DNA of 64,000 bases from Selaginella moellendorffii (lineage: Eukaryota; Plantae; Lycopodiophyta). Each line of letters opens with the position of its first letter. Position 1 is the first letter of the stretch. The translations under genes were made by a program, and so were the position numbers. Below the pieces are notes generated by a model. It searched no databases. It was not told where the DNA came from and was given only the letters and a program-made list of their open reading frames with translations. The stretch is taken from positions 513,614 to 577,613 of the forward strand of contig NW_003314334.1 of NCBI RefSeq assembly GCF_000143415.4. Reading direction: 5' to 3'. Positions 1 through 10,988 of the stretch are shown one piece after another.

Positions 1-1088
1 GATCAGATTGAGCAACCAGCAGAAGAAGACAAAGACCTGCAGTGGATAAAGGAGTTTCAGACGCAGGAACTTGAGGTGGTGCTTCCGAAGTTTTGTGAGC
101 AGACGGAGCAGAAGAAAAATTCAATGCCAGAGTTTGACGTGGAACAGGCAGTAGCTGGTCAAGCTGGCTTGGAGCAGAAAGCTGTTGTGAAGAAGAAAGA
201 AGAAGATGTTAGACAACAAAGAGGTGTAGAAGTTCAGAACCTTGTGGAGCAGCCATCAAGAGGAGCCGTATACCCAGGCCAAAGTTTGCACTTGAAGGTG
301 GCTGGTGTGAAGTTGGTGAAGAGACGAGGAAGTGTGTTTCTCAGGTTTTGGTGGGATAGAGGCAAGCTGGTTTCATCCTTTGTAGCTCTGTAGGAGTAGA
401 GGAAGTAAGTAGTAAAGCAGCAAAACTGAAAGCCGTCCAAGAGAAGTCGTGGCTGTTTCAAGTCGGATGTTTAAAGTTTCGAGAAGAGGCGTTTGTGCAA
501 CTGATCTCGGGAAGAAGCTGGTCAAATTCAGATCACAAGACTTTGAGGAAGCAGCTCAAACTTATGAAGAGGAGGAAGAGGAGGAGGAACCGCATGAGGG
601 AACAGCTACCCACGATGCAGCAATGGAGCAATGACTGCGGGACGCAGCACAAGGCAGTCGTGGGAGAGTGGAGAAGGGAGAAAAAAAAGACAAGCTCGAG
701 GATTCAAGCTTAGGAAAGTAAACTTGAGAGGTTCAAGGTTAGGACTGTATTCCTAACCTTGACGTGAGCAGTAGAGACTATAAAAGTAGGACTTAGAATG
801 TTTTTAGACTGATCCCTAATACAAAATACATTGCAATACATCGTCATTCTGCCTATCTCTTGGCTCTTCACAGCAATGTCTTACTTACCCATCGCCTTCA
901 AGGGATCAAAGGCGTGGGACTAGCACCTTCAAGCACTTGTTCACAGTCCCAACTTGGCTTGGCACAAGCAGGTAAGTGCATTCTTCTTGTAGTGTAGTTT
1001 TAGATTTAGGGACTAGATAAGATTTGAAGCTCCTAGGAAAATCTCGTGTGGACGTTTCCTCCCAGTCCAGAGATTCCAGGAGTTTTCA
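1..1088 (+). mobile_element. Probable LTR/retroelement-derived segment abutting the integrase remnant (possibly a nested LTR)
   Basis: Low-complexity Glu/Lys/Gln-rich short ORFs, TATA-like CTATAAAAG near 779, 12-bp perfect inverted repeat 733-762. Ends in ...TTTTCA at 1088, where the recognisable integrase similarity begins. Boundary is inferred. Confidence 0.3.
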
Positions 1089-1743
1089 ACTGCTGACAAT
1101 GAGTATATTATTATTGCTTCTGACTACTTGACTCGTTGGGTGGAAGTTGGTGCTCTTGCTAGCACCTCTGTAACAGCTATTGGATACTTCCTCCTCAATC
1201 GAGTGGTATTCTAGCATTCTTGTCTAGAGCAGATTCTTTCGGATAATGGTCCTGCATTTATGGCTGAAGCATTTCATGTTTTGACGTCTCGGTTGGGGAT
1301 ATGCCACACTTTCACGAGTGCTTATCATCCACAATTAGACGGTCTAGTGGAACAGCTTGTTTGGACATTCAAAGGGATAATTGTGAAGTATGTGAACTTT
1401 TAGCATTCGGATTGGGATGGTTATTTGTTGTCTCTTTGGTATGCCTATGTCATAGAGGTGTAGAGTTATATTGGTGCTTCACCATATAAACTTTTATATG
1501 GTCATGATCCAATATTACTAATGGAGCTGGGTTTACCTTTGCAATTGCCACAAGCTCCCGATGCTAGGTCATGGGATCAATATTTGATGAGCATTTTTTC
1601 ACTTGTCCAAGCAGAGTCTGCCGAACACTTAGGCTGCGTACAAGTGGGATAACAACGGCACTACAACTCCCATTATCGTCCACCTGCAGAGTACACCGTA
1701 TCGGGTGTTGCAGCAAGTTGGACCGCAAGTTTATAAGGTTCGG
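1089..1743 (+). mobile_element. Degenerate Ty3/gypsy integrase core
   Basis: Manual translation gives NEYIIIASDYLTRWVEV...ILSDNGPAF...FTSAYHPQLDGLVEQ...SPYKLLYGHDP (rve motifs) with several in-frame stops; runs into an N gap at 1744-1843. Confidence 0.88.
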
Positions 1744-1965
1744 NNNNNNNNNNNNNNNNNNNNNNNNNNNNNNNNNNNNNNNNNNNNNNNNNNNNNNNNN
1801 NNNNNNNNNNNNNNNNNNNNNNNNNNNNNNNNNNNNNNNNNNNCTCTTCATACAAAGGGATCAAGAGCAATTAATACCATTTACAAACCCGCCAATGCCT
1901 CCTTTTGACGTTCCTCCAGATCCCGGCCCATCTACAAGAGAACCTTGACAACCTTCCATTATTCC

Positions 1966-2155
1966 GAGAGGAGGGGATGATGTGAGGGTTAAGTGTACGG
2001 TTATGATGCCGTATATTAATATTAGCATAATGGGATTTTGATAGCCGTTGGATTTATTTCAATCCGGACCACTTGCTTTTGTATATAAACTAGGGTTTTT
2101 GGGTTAATTAATATGCACATTTCTGTATTCCCTTTCTATATTCCATGCACTCACA
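1966..2155 (+). mobile_element. Polypurine tract and short 3' LTR (1981-2155)
   Basis: GAGAGGAGGGGA (1966-1977) followed by TGTGAG...CTCACA perfect 6-bp terminal inverted repeats and an internal TATATAAA; lies downstream of the integrase, as in gypsy order. Confidence 0.7.
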
Positions 2156-3607
2156 ATGAGAACAATTTTATAATTTTAAAAACTTCAACAAAGGAAAATT
2201 TGTAATTAAGCCAAATTTAAGAGGTATATATATAATTTCCCTAAAAAATCTCAATGAATATTCTCCCTGGTACAAAGCAAGATTAAGGTTCTTGAGCAGC
2301 TATGCACTGTTTGGGCGTGGCCAAGTACTGAGCTGGATTGACAAATCCACATTCCTGGATCATGGTTGAATTTACCAAAGGACTTAGTGGTAGAATTGAA
2401 ACCACTCAAATCCGTTACAAATCTCTTACAACAACATAATCAGGCCAGGTGACGCCATCAAACCGCAATAGGTGCAAACTAGGGATTTCCGAGATTCACT
2501 TGGTCCCAGGATCCGGCAGACACAGCGATCACAGAGATTAGGTTTACATGGCCATTGTGCAGCTTATGGCGCCTGTGATTCTTCTCATCTCTCTGCTGCT
2601 GCTGGAGGCGCCAATAAGGTGGTGAGTTTTGTCATTCGATCTTGAATTTGATCCAGGTTTTCACATTTCATTCATCTAGTTGCATGTCCGTGGACACCAG
2701 ACTGTGGCCAGTCTCCTGGTTAGTCTGGCATGTGACAGGGTTTTGGTAAAGGTCTGAGGTAGGATTCTCAACTTGGAACAAACCACCTAGTGTGTGATAC
2801 TCTCTGTACTTACAGAAATTGATTTTAGGCACTTACTTCAGTCTGGCATGATATTCTTCACCTTCAATCCCAGACTTGCACAATGTGGCCGAATAATGGA
2901 ACTTTGGAACAGAGAAGACACACTCTGTTGGCACTGGCCTCTGGGTACTTGTCAGTCATCCTTGAGGCATCGTTTAGCTTCTCATTTTGAAGGGAAAAAG
3001 CGAAGGAGATATGTATCCCATCAACTGCGATATTTTTTTAGAAGCTGGGAGCAGTAGTAAAGCTGAGTTGCTTGAAAGCGGCGGTCTCTTTCTTGCGGCT
3101 TTTTTGAAGGTGAGATCTTGAGGGGCTTCTGCCCTTGGCTTCAATGATTGCTGAGCAAGTTTAGGAAGGGCCTCATGAAACTTCCGGATGGATTTCTGTA
3201 GAGGAAATCATTTTACGTGAACAACCTGTCTTGGGAACTTTATGATCAAAGCTCCTTGCAATTGTGTTATGGGACTTCAATAAGCCACTAGAAAGAACTC
3301 CTGGGGGTTCGGTAAGTGTTTCAACGTTTTATTCTTTTGGTGACAATAACGTGATGTGATATTATAAGTGATATGGTGATCATCCTACTTGATCCTCTCC
3401 AATAAGCAGATCTTCGTACAAGCCGCAGTGACAAACTGCGTTTTCTTTTTCACTAGGATGATAAGAACAAAAGTGCAGCTCTTTAAAATGCGCATGGTTT
3501 TCCTATTAGGTGGTGATCTGAGGAACCTTGGTCACCAGCAACTGGCCAGCTGATCCTCGTATGTACAATGAACATTTGGACGATGGTTCGATAGCTCGTC
3601 TGGCTGC

Positions 3608-6409
3608 TTACAGCTGCCTCCAGCGTAGCATCAACCACGACAAGCAGAAGCTAATGGAGGAGGACAGTGCGAAAGAAACAGGTGACACATTTTCTTCCCA
3701 CCAGGTTTCGTTGGAGTCAGCTCCCACACGTCCGGCTGCTCCTGATTCTGTTTCGTGGCATTGTTTGGAGAGTGGGCGACCACAGAGGCCAAGATTTCCG
3801 ATGAAGCTTGAGTTGTCGAATGTGTCAAACTGCTTCGTCTGCGGGATCTTACCCTCCAGCTGATTGAAAGACACGTTGAAGGAGGCAAGGGAGTCGAGAT
3901 TTGCGAGTAAGGTTGGAATGGAGCCTTGCAGGTGGTTGAAGGACAGGTCGAGCTGCTCCAGTTGAGTGATTTTCCCATAGGAACTTGGAATCTCACCACT
4001 AAAATTGTTGTGGGACAGGTTAAGGTAACGAAGGCCAACGAGGTCGCCCATGCTTACAGGAAGCTTGCCAGTCAGCTGATTCGTCGATAAATCCAGCAGA
4101 GTCGTGGTGCGTAAGACGTACTGGTATGGAGCAAATAAATTGCCTTTCACACTGAGGAACAGGTCTTGATATAGTCGATCGGCATCCGCAGCATCGCCCT
4201 CCGGTGTTAACTTGAAACCCTGTAGATTGTTGAGGGTGGCGGGCAGTGATCCTTCAAACTGGTTATTTGATAAGTCGAGCACCTGAAGTTGGGTGAGATT
4301 CCACAGCCAATCCATGGATGTCAAGGAACCACGGAAGCTGTTGTTCCCCAAGCTTAGTACTCTCAGCGTTTGGTACTTTCCCAGAGATGAAGGGAGCTCA
4401 CCAGTAAACCTGTTCCCCCGCAGATCAATCAGCTCGATGGAAGTTGCGTTTAACAGTGGAAACTGGCCTTGGAAATTGTTGAGTGAGAGCGAGAGGATCT
4501 TCAAAGAGGACAACTTCGAAATGTTCATACCAAGCTCTCCCTTCAGTGAGTTATTCCCAACCTTCAGGCGCTCCAACAAGGTGCAGTTCTCCAAGGTAAC
4601 CGGAAGGTTCCCAGTCAGTTTGTTTCCTTCTACTCCCAATGTTTGAAGGCTTTTACATATTGTACCAATTTCATCCGGGACTCTTCCACTAATGGCATTC
4701 TTTGACAGGTCCAACTGCTTCAATGAACTGCAGTTCCCAAGGCTTCGAGGAATTTCTCCAATGAGCAGATTCTTGGATAGATCCATTTGAGTCAACTTCT
4801 GAAGCTTCCCGACGATGGAGGGGACTGTCCCGCTGAAGCTATTACTAAACATATAGAGAATTTGGAGCTGGGAAAGGTCGCCAAGTGACTCAGGTATTGA
4901 GCCTGTGAGTTTGTTTTCGTGCATCCTCAGATCTGTCATCTGTGTCCAGTTTTCGAATGACAGGTGGGAAATCCTTCCGGACAGAGAGTTCCTGTGAATG
5001 AACAAATCCTGGAGCTTGCTCAAGCTTGTGAGCGACTGTGGTACGGCTCCATGCAAGTTGTTCGTATCAAGGAATAAGTGCTGCAGATTAACGAGTCGTC
5101 CCAGATCTTGTGGAATTTCTCCGTCAAACAGATTGGATCCTAGATTCAAACGCTCAAGCGCTGTCAGATTTGCCAGCTCCTTGGGAATGCTTCCTCGGAA
5201 AGTACAAATTCCCAGGTCTAGATTGGTCAGCGTTGTTACGTTGCCAATCCTTGGTGATAAAGTGCCGGAGTTGTTCTTCGTCAGTCCGAGTTCAGCCAAA
5301 GCCAATGTGGTTAGCGGAAGCCGAAACAATGATGATGGGATAGGACCATCCAGATTGGGGGACCAGCCGATATCCAACCATTCTAGCTGGCTGCAATTGC
5401 CTAGCTCTTCTGGGATCTTGCCGGTGAGCCTTTGGGATCCATACAGGGAGAGGGCTTGCATGTTCTGAAGCTGACCGAAGGAACTTGGAATCTGTCCACT
5501 CAGGGAATTTCCTCCCAGAAACAGCTCGATGAGCATTGAGCAATTAGCGAGGGCCAGTGGAATATGTCCGTCCAGCTGGTTTTGCTCCAGATGCAGCACC
5601 TGAAGTTTCTTCAATCGTCCAAGCTCTTCTGGAATTGGACCCTTCAAGCTGTTGACTCCCAGCCAGATCTCCTGCATGTTGGTACAATTCCCAAGAGAAG
5701 ACGGTAAACTTCCTGACAAGTGATTGCTACCCAAGGCAATCAGCTCCAGCTGGGGCAACACTCCTAACTCTGCTGGAATTGAACCCTCCAGCATGTTGGC
5801 CTGGAGAACAAGCACCTGAAGATTGCTACAGTTGCTGAGTTCCCTGGGAATGATGTTGGTGAGATTGTTCATGTGGAGTGCCAGAGTTTCGAGCTTCTTG
5901 AGGTGTCCGAGCATAGCAGGTATTACACCGCGAAGTTTGTTGTACCCGAGGTTGAGATATGTCAACTCTTGGATGGTTCCAAGCTCTTCTGGAATTTGGC
6001 CCTCGAGCTCATTGAAGTTCAGCGCCAGAGTCCTCAGATTTTTCAACTGGCCGAAGTCAAGTGGTATCTTCCCCGACAGGTTGTTTCGACTCAGATTCAG
6101 AACTTTCAAGCTACCAATGCTTCCAAGAGAAGAAGGGAGGATCGTACCTTGAAGCGTGCAGTTGGAGAGATTGATACCCACAACACTGAGATTGTCAGAG
6201 TCACAGATTATTCCGCTCCAGCTCGAAGAACACAAAGAAGCTTTCTTCTTGCGCGTCCAGTTCGCCAGGACTCCTGAAGCATCAGCAGTGATCCCGGACT
6301 TGAAGTTGAGCAAAGCCTGCATTTGCTGGTCACTGTGATTGATGGTCAAAGCTTGTCCCACTGGCAGCAGCAGCAGCAGCAGCAACATCAGCATGTCGCA
6401 GAATGCCAT
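3608..6409 (-). CDS. LRR receptor-like protein (RLP), intronless, 933 aa
   Basis: Poly-Leu signal peptide, LRRNT (ALLNFKSGI...WSGIIC), many plant extracellular LxxLxLxxNxLsGxIP repeats, island domain before the last LRRs, FIGNLGLCGRPL cap, acidic juxtamembrane, TM segment, no kinase. Confidence 0.95.
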   Translation of the reverse strand: MAFCDMLMLLLLLLLPVGQALTINHSDQQMQALLNFKSGITADASGVLANWTRKKKASLCSSSWSGIICDSDNLSVVGINLSNCTLQGTILPSSLGSIGSLKVLNLSRNNLSGKIPLDFGQLKNLRTLALNFNELEGQIPEELGTIQELTYLNLGYNKLRGVIPAMLGHLKKLETLALHMNNLTNIIPRELSNCSNLQVLVLQANMLEGSIPAELGVLPQLELIALGSNHLSGSLPSSLGNCTNMQEIWLGVNSLKGPIPEELGRLKKLQVLHLEQNQLDGHIPLALANCSMLIELFLGGNSLSGQIPSSFGQLQNMQALSLYGSQRLTGKIPEELGNCSQLEWLDIGWSPNLDGPIPSSLFRLPLTTLALAELGLTKNNSGTLSPRIGNVTTLTNLDLGICTFRGSIPKELANLTALERLNLGSNLFDGEIPQDLGRLVNLQHLFLDTNNLHGAVPQSLTSLSKLQDLFIHRNSLSGRISHLSFENWTQMTDLRMHENKLTGSIPESLGDLSQLQILYMFSNSFSGTVPSIVGKLQKLTQMDLSKNLLIGEIPRSLGNCSSLKQLDLSKNAISGRVPDEIGTICKSLQTLGVEGNKLTGNLPVTLENCTLLERLKVGNNSLKGELGMNISKLSSLKILSLSLNNFQGQFPLLNATSIELIDLRGNRFTGELPSSLGKYQTLRVLSLGNNSFRGSLTSMDWLWNLTQLQVLDLSNNQFEGSLPATLNNLQGFKLTPEGDAADADRLYQDLFLSVKGNLFAPYQYVLRTTTLLDLSTNQLTGKLPVSMGDLVGLRYLNLSHNNFSGEIPSSYGKITQLEQLDLSFNHLQGSIPTLLANLDSLASFNVSFNQLEGKIPQTKQFDTFDNSSFIGNLGLCGRPLSKQCHETESGAAGRVGADSNETWWEENVSPVSFALSSSISFCLSWLMLRWRQL

Positions 6410-6425
6410 ATGGCTCAGGCCCTTG

Positions 6426-7327
6426 AGCGCAATTGTGGTGCATGGAGAAGGCTATAAGAATGACAATACCATTCTTATAGTCTTCTCCATACACGACAGT
6501 TGCGCTGGGGTCCAATGTCTGCCAATGTCCACCTTGAGTGTTAATTGATCCCATCCACCTTTAAGACTTTGGATGATGGATGGGATCACTGCTGGTGCTT
6601 GTTCTCCAGGCCAACATGCTGGAGGGTTCAATTCCACCAGAGTTAGGAGAGGAATTGATGCTTTCTTAGTGCAGCATCGGACCCGGAAAGGCATCCACCT
6701 TTGAGACTTTGAATGAAATGGACAATACCATTCTTTTTCATGCACCACAATTCGAACGAAACACTAAGAAAGCTCAAGATTGTGAAGACTTGCTGGCTAG
6801 TGTCAATCGATCCCATCCACCTTTAAGACTTTGGATGGGATCGATTGGATGGGATGGGATCCGATGCGGGACCGATTCTGCAGCCTTCTGACACTAGCCA
6901 GCAAGCAAGTCTTCACTTTGAGCGCACTTCCTGGTCACAGAATATAAACCATCACACATGCCAGAGAAGCCTGGTATGAATATGTCGATGAAATCGTCCC
7001 AGTGAATGGGACCCCAAGCTGTCAACAATGAGTTGACAGCTTGGGATAGATGTTCGGGCACTTCAGACTGGCATATAAGCCATCCGGGACACATTAAACT
7101 TTTTGATCACCTAACACTTTTATAATTGGTCAGATTTTAAGGTCAGGAATTTGATTAAGTGTGTCAATTTCTTGCAGTGATGTTTGTGCAGTAAAGGACA
7201 CTAGCCAGCAAGTCTTCACATGAATCCTGAGCTTTCTTAGTGTTTCGTTCAAATTGTGGTGCATGAAAAAGTTGTCCATTTCATTCAAAGTCTCAAAGGT
7301 GGATGCTTTTCCGGGTCCGATGCTGCA
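6426..7327. repeat. Nested fold-back / inverted-repeat complex
   Basis: Hairpins at 6426-6506, 6546-6588 (12-bp perfect) and 6804-6847 (16-bp perfect, inside a larger 6782-6916 stem); ~130-bp inverted arms 6670-6804 and 7197-7327. Confidence 0.9.
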
Positions 7328-8189
7328 GCCTTTTGACAAAGAACTTCCTGTTCATATTTTGTACCTTGTGCATCTCTGGCATTCATCATGTGTGGACAGC
7401 CACGCGTTGAACAAAAGATTCATAACCATCTACATGTTCAGCTACCATCCATGAGAAACTCATTTGACACTCTCTGCCAAAAGCCACACCCAACCGATCC
7501 AAACTTTTTGACCATTTGCTGTGGCGAAAAGAGGATGCTTCCAACTTCCAGGCGCAGACAAATCAAGGGCGAGCTACATACTAGCTGCATCGCAAAGTCC
7601 TATCCGAGGGCTACACGTTTGAGGAGATTTTTGGAAAGAGCCCGTGCTACCAGACTGTCGATGAATCTTTGTTCCGCGAGGTGGAAGAGAGGCCGAGAAG
7701 AAAGGTCAAGAAGAGCAGCTCTCGCAGACAGAAAGATTGATTCCACGCACGAGATGACTAAAGTGACCCGTTGGAATCGTCAGGCTCATTTCTTCAAAGG
7801 AAGATCTGGAGATGTGAAATCAGGGTACTTGCGTCTGGGGTGGGGACCCGACGCATGGTCCAAATCCGCCACTTCCATGCTTCACCATGCTCGGTATCTA
7901 CTTTCTTGGCCGTCCTTTGGGGATCCTTTCCGAATAAGATGTTTTCACTCTTCGCAACGGAATTGACAAGAAGCGAAATATTAACTGACTGATCTTGTAA
8001 ACTAGTATGTACTGGACACTGTCAAATTCTCACGTCGGCTGCATTTGAACAGAAATGGAATATTCAAATGCAATTTTAACCGGCCTATATAATACCTATT
8101 TCACATTTGTGTAAATTTCTGTTAAAGGCAATATTTTAGTCACTTCGCATTTTACAAAGGCTTGTGTCTGTTTCAGCGATCTCCACCGC

Positions 8190-8441
8190 ATGAAAGAGAG
8201 GCTGCTGCTTACTCAGTTGATCAGAAGCTGCAGCAGAGACAGGAATTTGGCAAGAGCAAAGCGGGTTCATGCCCAGATTGATTAGGGTCCTTACAGGGAG
8301 GATGTGTTCGTGGCGAATTTGCTTGTTGACATGTATGCCGCTGTGGAAGCTTGGAAGAGGCAGAGCAGATATTCAGAGGGATCAGGCAGTCGAACTTTTA
8401 CTTGCAGAATGTCATTCTTCAGGGGTATAACCAGATTGGGC
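8190..8441 (+). pseudogene. Truncated PLS-type PPR pseudogene (5' part)
   Basis: MKERLLLTQLIRSCSRDRNLARAKRVHAQID*GPYREDVFVANLLVDMY, frameshift, then SLEEAEQIFRGIRQSNFYLQNVILQGYNQIG; resembles the N-terminus of the PPR at 50018-51718. Confidence 0.8.
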
Positions 8442-9401
8442 AGCCCGTGGTGTTGTCTAATTATTGTTGCTGTACGGCACAATGCCATGCGGTAACATAT
8501 CCTCAGGCTTACATGTGCAAGTCTTGGGCTTACATCAGCATATAGAACAATGGTTCATTTTGGCTAGTTGGTATCATGTGTTGTTTAATGTGATAAATGT
8601 CATGGTTGAATAATAAGAATTGTTACACTTTTTTTTATAAAAGGTGAGGACATTTAAATTAAGAAGTGTGTGAATTGAAAGTTGTTCATATGTTGTTTAT
8701 TTTAGTGAGTGATTAATACTTACAAATAAATAACAGTTGTTGAAATTTTTTAAGTTTAAGGTTTAGGGGTTTATGAGTAACAAAGAAGGATTCATATGGT
8801 GTGAGATCCACAACAAAATGAAATATTAACAGGTATGTATTGTTCATAGCTGCACTTAGAAAGGGCAATGCTTTTGTAGAGTTTAAATGTTTTCTTGAGT
8901 CATATAATATTTCTTAAAACTTAGTGTGTTGAATGGATTTGACAAATGAATCTATTAATTTGTATTTTTGCATTTCTTATATGTATGTTTTTATGTGTTT
9001 ATGAATGACATTAATTTTATGCTATTTGTGTGAGCTTATGTTATCCTGACTATTTTGTACACATTATTAATGTTTAAAAATCAATATTAATATGTTTATT
9101 ATTTACATAAAATTTTGATAAATATTAGTTGTGTCACCAACAACAAATATTAACTTTATGGTATGCTTATGGTGAGTGTCATTATAAAGCTACATGTTTT
9201 GTTTTCAGTTGCATTGAGACAACCATCATAGAAGTGTGAGCATTTGCTCATTACTTCCTCTTGCAGAGACACAAGAACAACAAAAACGAAAAAAAATGAC
9301 AACTAATGATTAATATGTGATAATGAATGCAATTTCACAACAATATTGATAAAGCGTTACAAGGAAGTAAGATTAACATTCTTGTAAAGCCCCCGATCCA
9401 T

Positions 9402-10606
9402 CGATTTCCCGCGGACAGTTGGAGATGGAGCTGGAGAAACGAACGCTGGCCGCCGTGGGGAGGCTCCAGGAGTATGACATCGCTGCGAAGAGGATGGGAA
9501 GAGCCGAGCAATCGAATGCGATTCGCAAGAGAAAGTCCAAGCCCGCGGGAATGGGCGGCTAGTCCGTACCATTGTACGGCTTGATCTTCCCAATGTACGA
9601 GGTCTTCGGCTATTTTGAAATGGAGCATTGCATGGGAGAGCTTCTCAGTGGATGCGGCGCCCATAGCTCCGACTGCTCCTACGTGATTGTGATCCTCAAC
9701 TATCGCCTGTCATCGCTGGCGGCATTGCTGTGGCAGAGAGGTTTGATCCAAATCTTTCGCGGATGGCGCGTCGCATTGTTTTCCCTTGTTTCTTGCAGCT
9801 AGGTTGCGAATGTGCGCCGATGGAGGAGCTAATCGGCTCTACAACGAGCTGTCGTTGCTTCTGGGACAGGAGGAATCGATCGTGAGAGAGGTAAGAAATT
9901 GTTAGAGGTAAAATGAATCGAATGAGATTTTCCCTTGTGTAGGTTCATACCGGATGCGATCATTGGGGATTTGGACTCCATTCTCCCGGAAGTGAGGCAG
10001 TTCTACGAATCAGGAGTCTGGTTTCGTTCGTTTGATTTTTGGAAAGTTTGTTTCTCCTCAGGGCACTGCTGTTCTAGACAAATCTCACGACCAAGACACG
10101 ATAGATCTTCACAAGTGGATCTCTTTCGTCGCCGAGAAATCCAATGTAAGAACTGTTTAGCCGTTTTTCTTCGTTGTTTGGCTTCTTCTTTACTATCGCG
10201 TGTGTGTTCTTCGTAACAGATGAAGATCTTGGTGGTGGGAGCGTTGGGTGGAAGATTTGACCACGAGATGGGAAACATCAACGTACTCTTTTCCTTCAGG
10301 AGCTTCCGGATCATGGTCTATTTTCTTCCTAGAGACGTTCTTCACACCATCCACGTCTCGCCCGAGCTTGAAGGGCCAAATCCTCTCGGCAAGACTCAAA
10401 TTCGTAAAGTACTTCCACCATTCCTCTCGATAAAATCACTGTTTCCTCGCTTACTTTCACTTTCACTACTATCACTTTCTTTTGTTCTCACAGTGATTTC
10501 AAAGCAAGCATTAGGGGATCATTCTCGCTCCGTCAAGGCAAGCCTTCGTGGCGCTCGATTTTGGTGTTAGCTACCATGCCAGAGCTTCTTCGCGCTCCGT
10601 TTTAAA
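9402..10606 (+). pseudogene. Degenerate duplicate of ~13397-14949: orphan-gene last exon remnant, TPK pseudogene (ATG 9620) and SLP1 5' remnant
   Basis: Colinear near-identity to the downstream locus with many small deletions: LFNDESL, CGII and CTATTT coding segments and most of the last TPK exon are lost, as is the SLP1 ATG. Confidence 0.9.
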
Positions 10607-10988
10607 GGATTAACTTTGACATCATTTAGCATGTCATGTTGAATCTTTTGTCACTTCGTGCAGCAACAAAAACCATCGTGGATAAATGGGTATGCTTTGA
10701 AAGTTTGATTAAAGCTGGGTTTCTTTCCCTTTCTGCACTGTTCCAGAAAGCACGCGTTACGAGGAATTACGACTCGCCTGTGAAGCAAGTTAGCACTGGG
10801 GAAAGCTGAGAACTTGCAAGCCGAGAGATTCAGTGTGGAGGGACGTGGTCTCATAAGATCTGTGTGAGTAAAGGCCTCTTCGCCTGTAACTCTGGAGACC
10901 TGCGAAGGCAAGTTAAGGAACTCGAAGCCCAAGAGAGCTGCTTTCTGTGTAAAGATAAAGTGGTTTCAAATAATTTGATCAACCTCAG

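Noticed and set aside
1564-1948. ORFs spanning the N run (also 22842-23564)
   Set aside because: Artefacts of translating assembly gaps.
2549-3320. Possible spliced gene fragment beginning MAIVQLMAPVILLISLLLL
   Set aside because: Downstream frames are broken and I recognise no family.
7330-7990. 192-aa ORF 7388-7966 and opposite-strand frames
   Set aside because: No recognisable motifs; probably decayed sequence.
8520-9390. AT-rich block with TTTAGGGG telomere-like bits, possibly a DNA transposon
   Set aside because: No termini, TSD or transposase motif could be identified.
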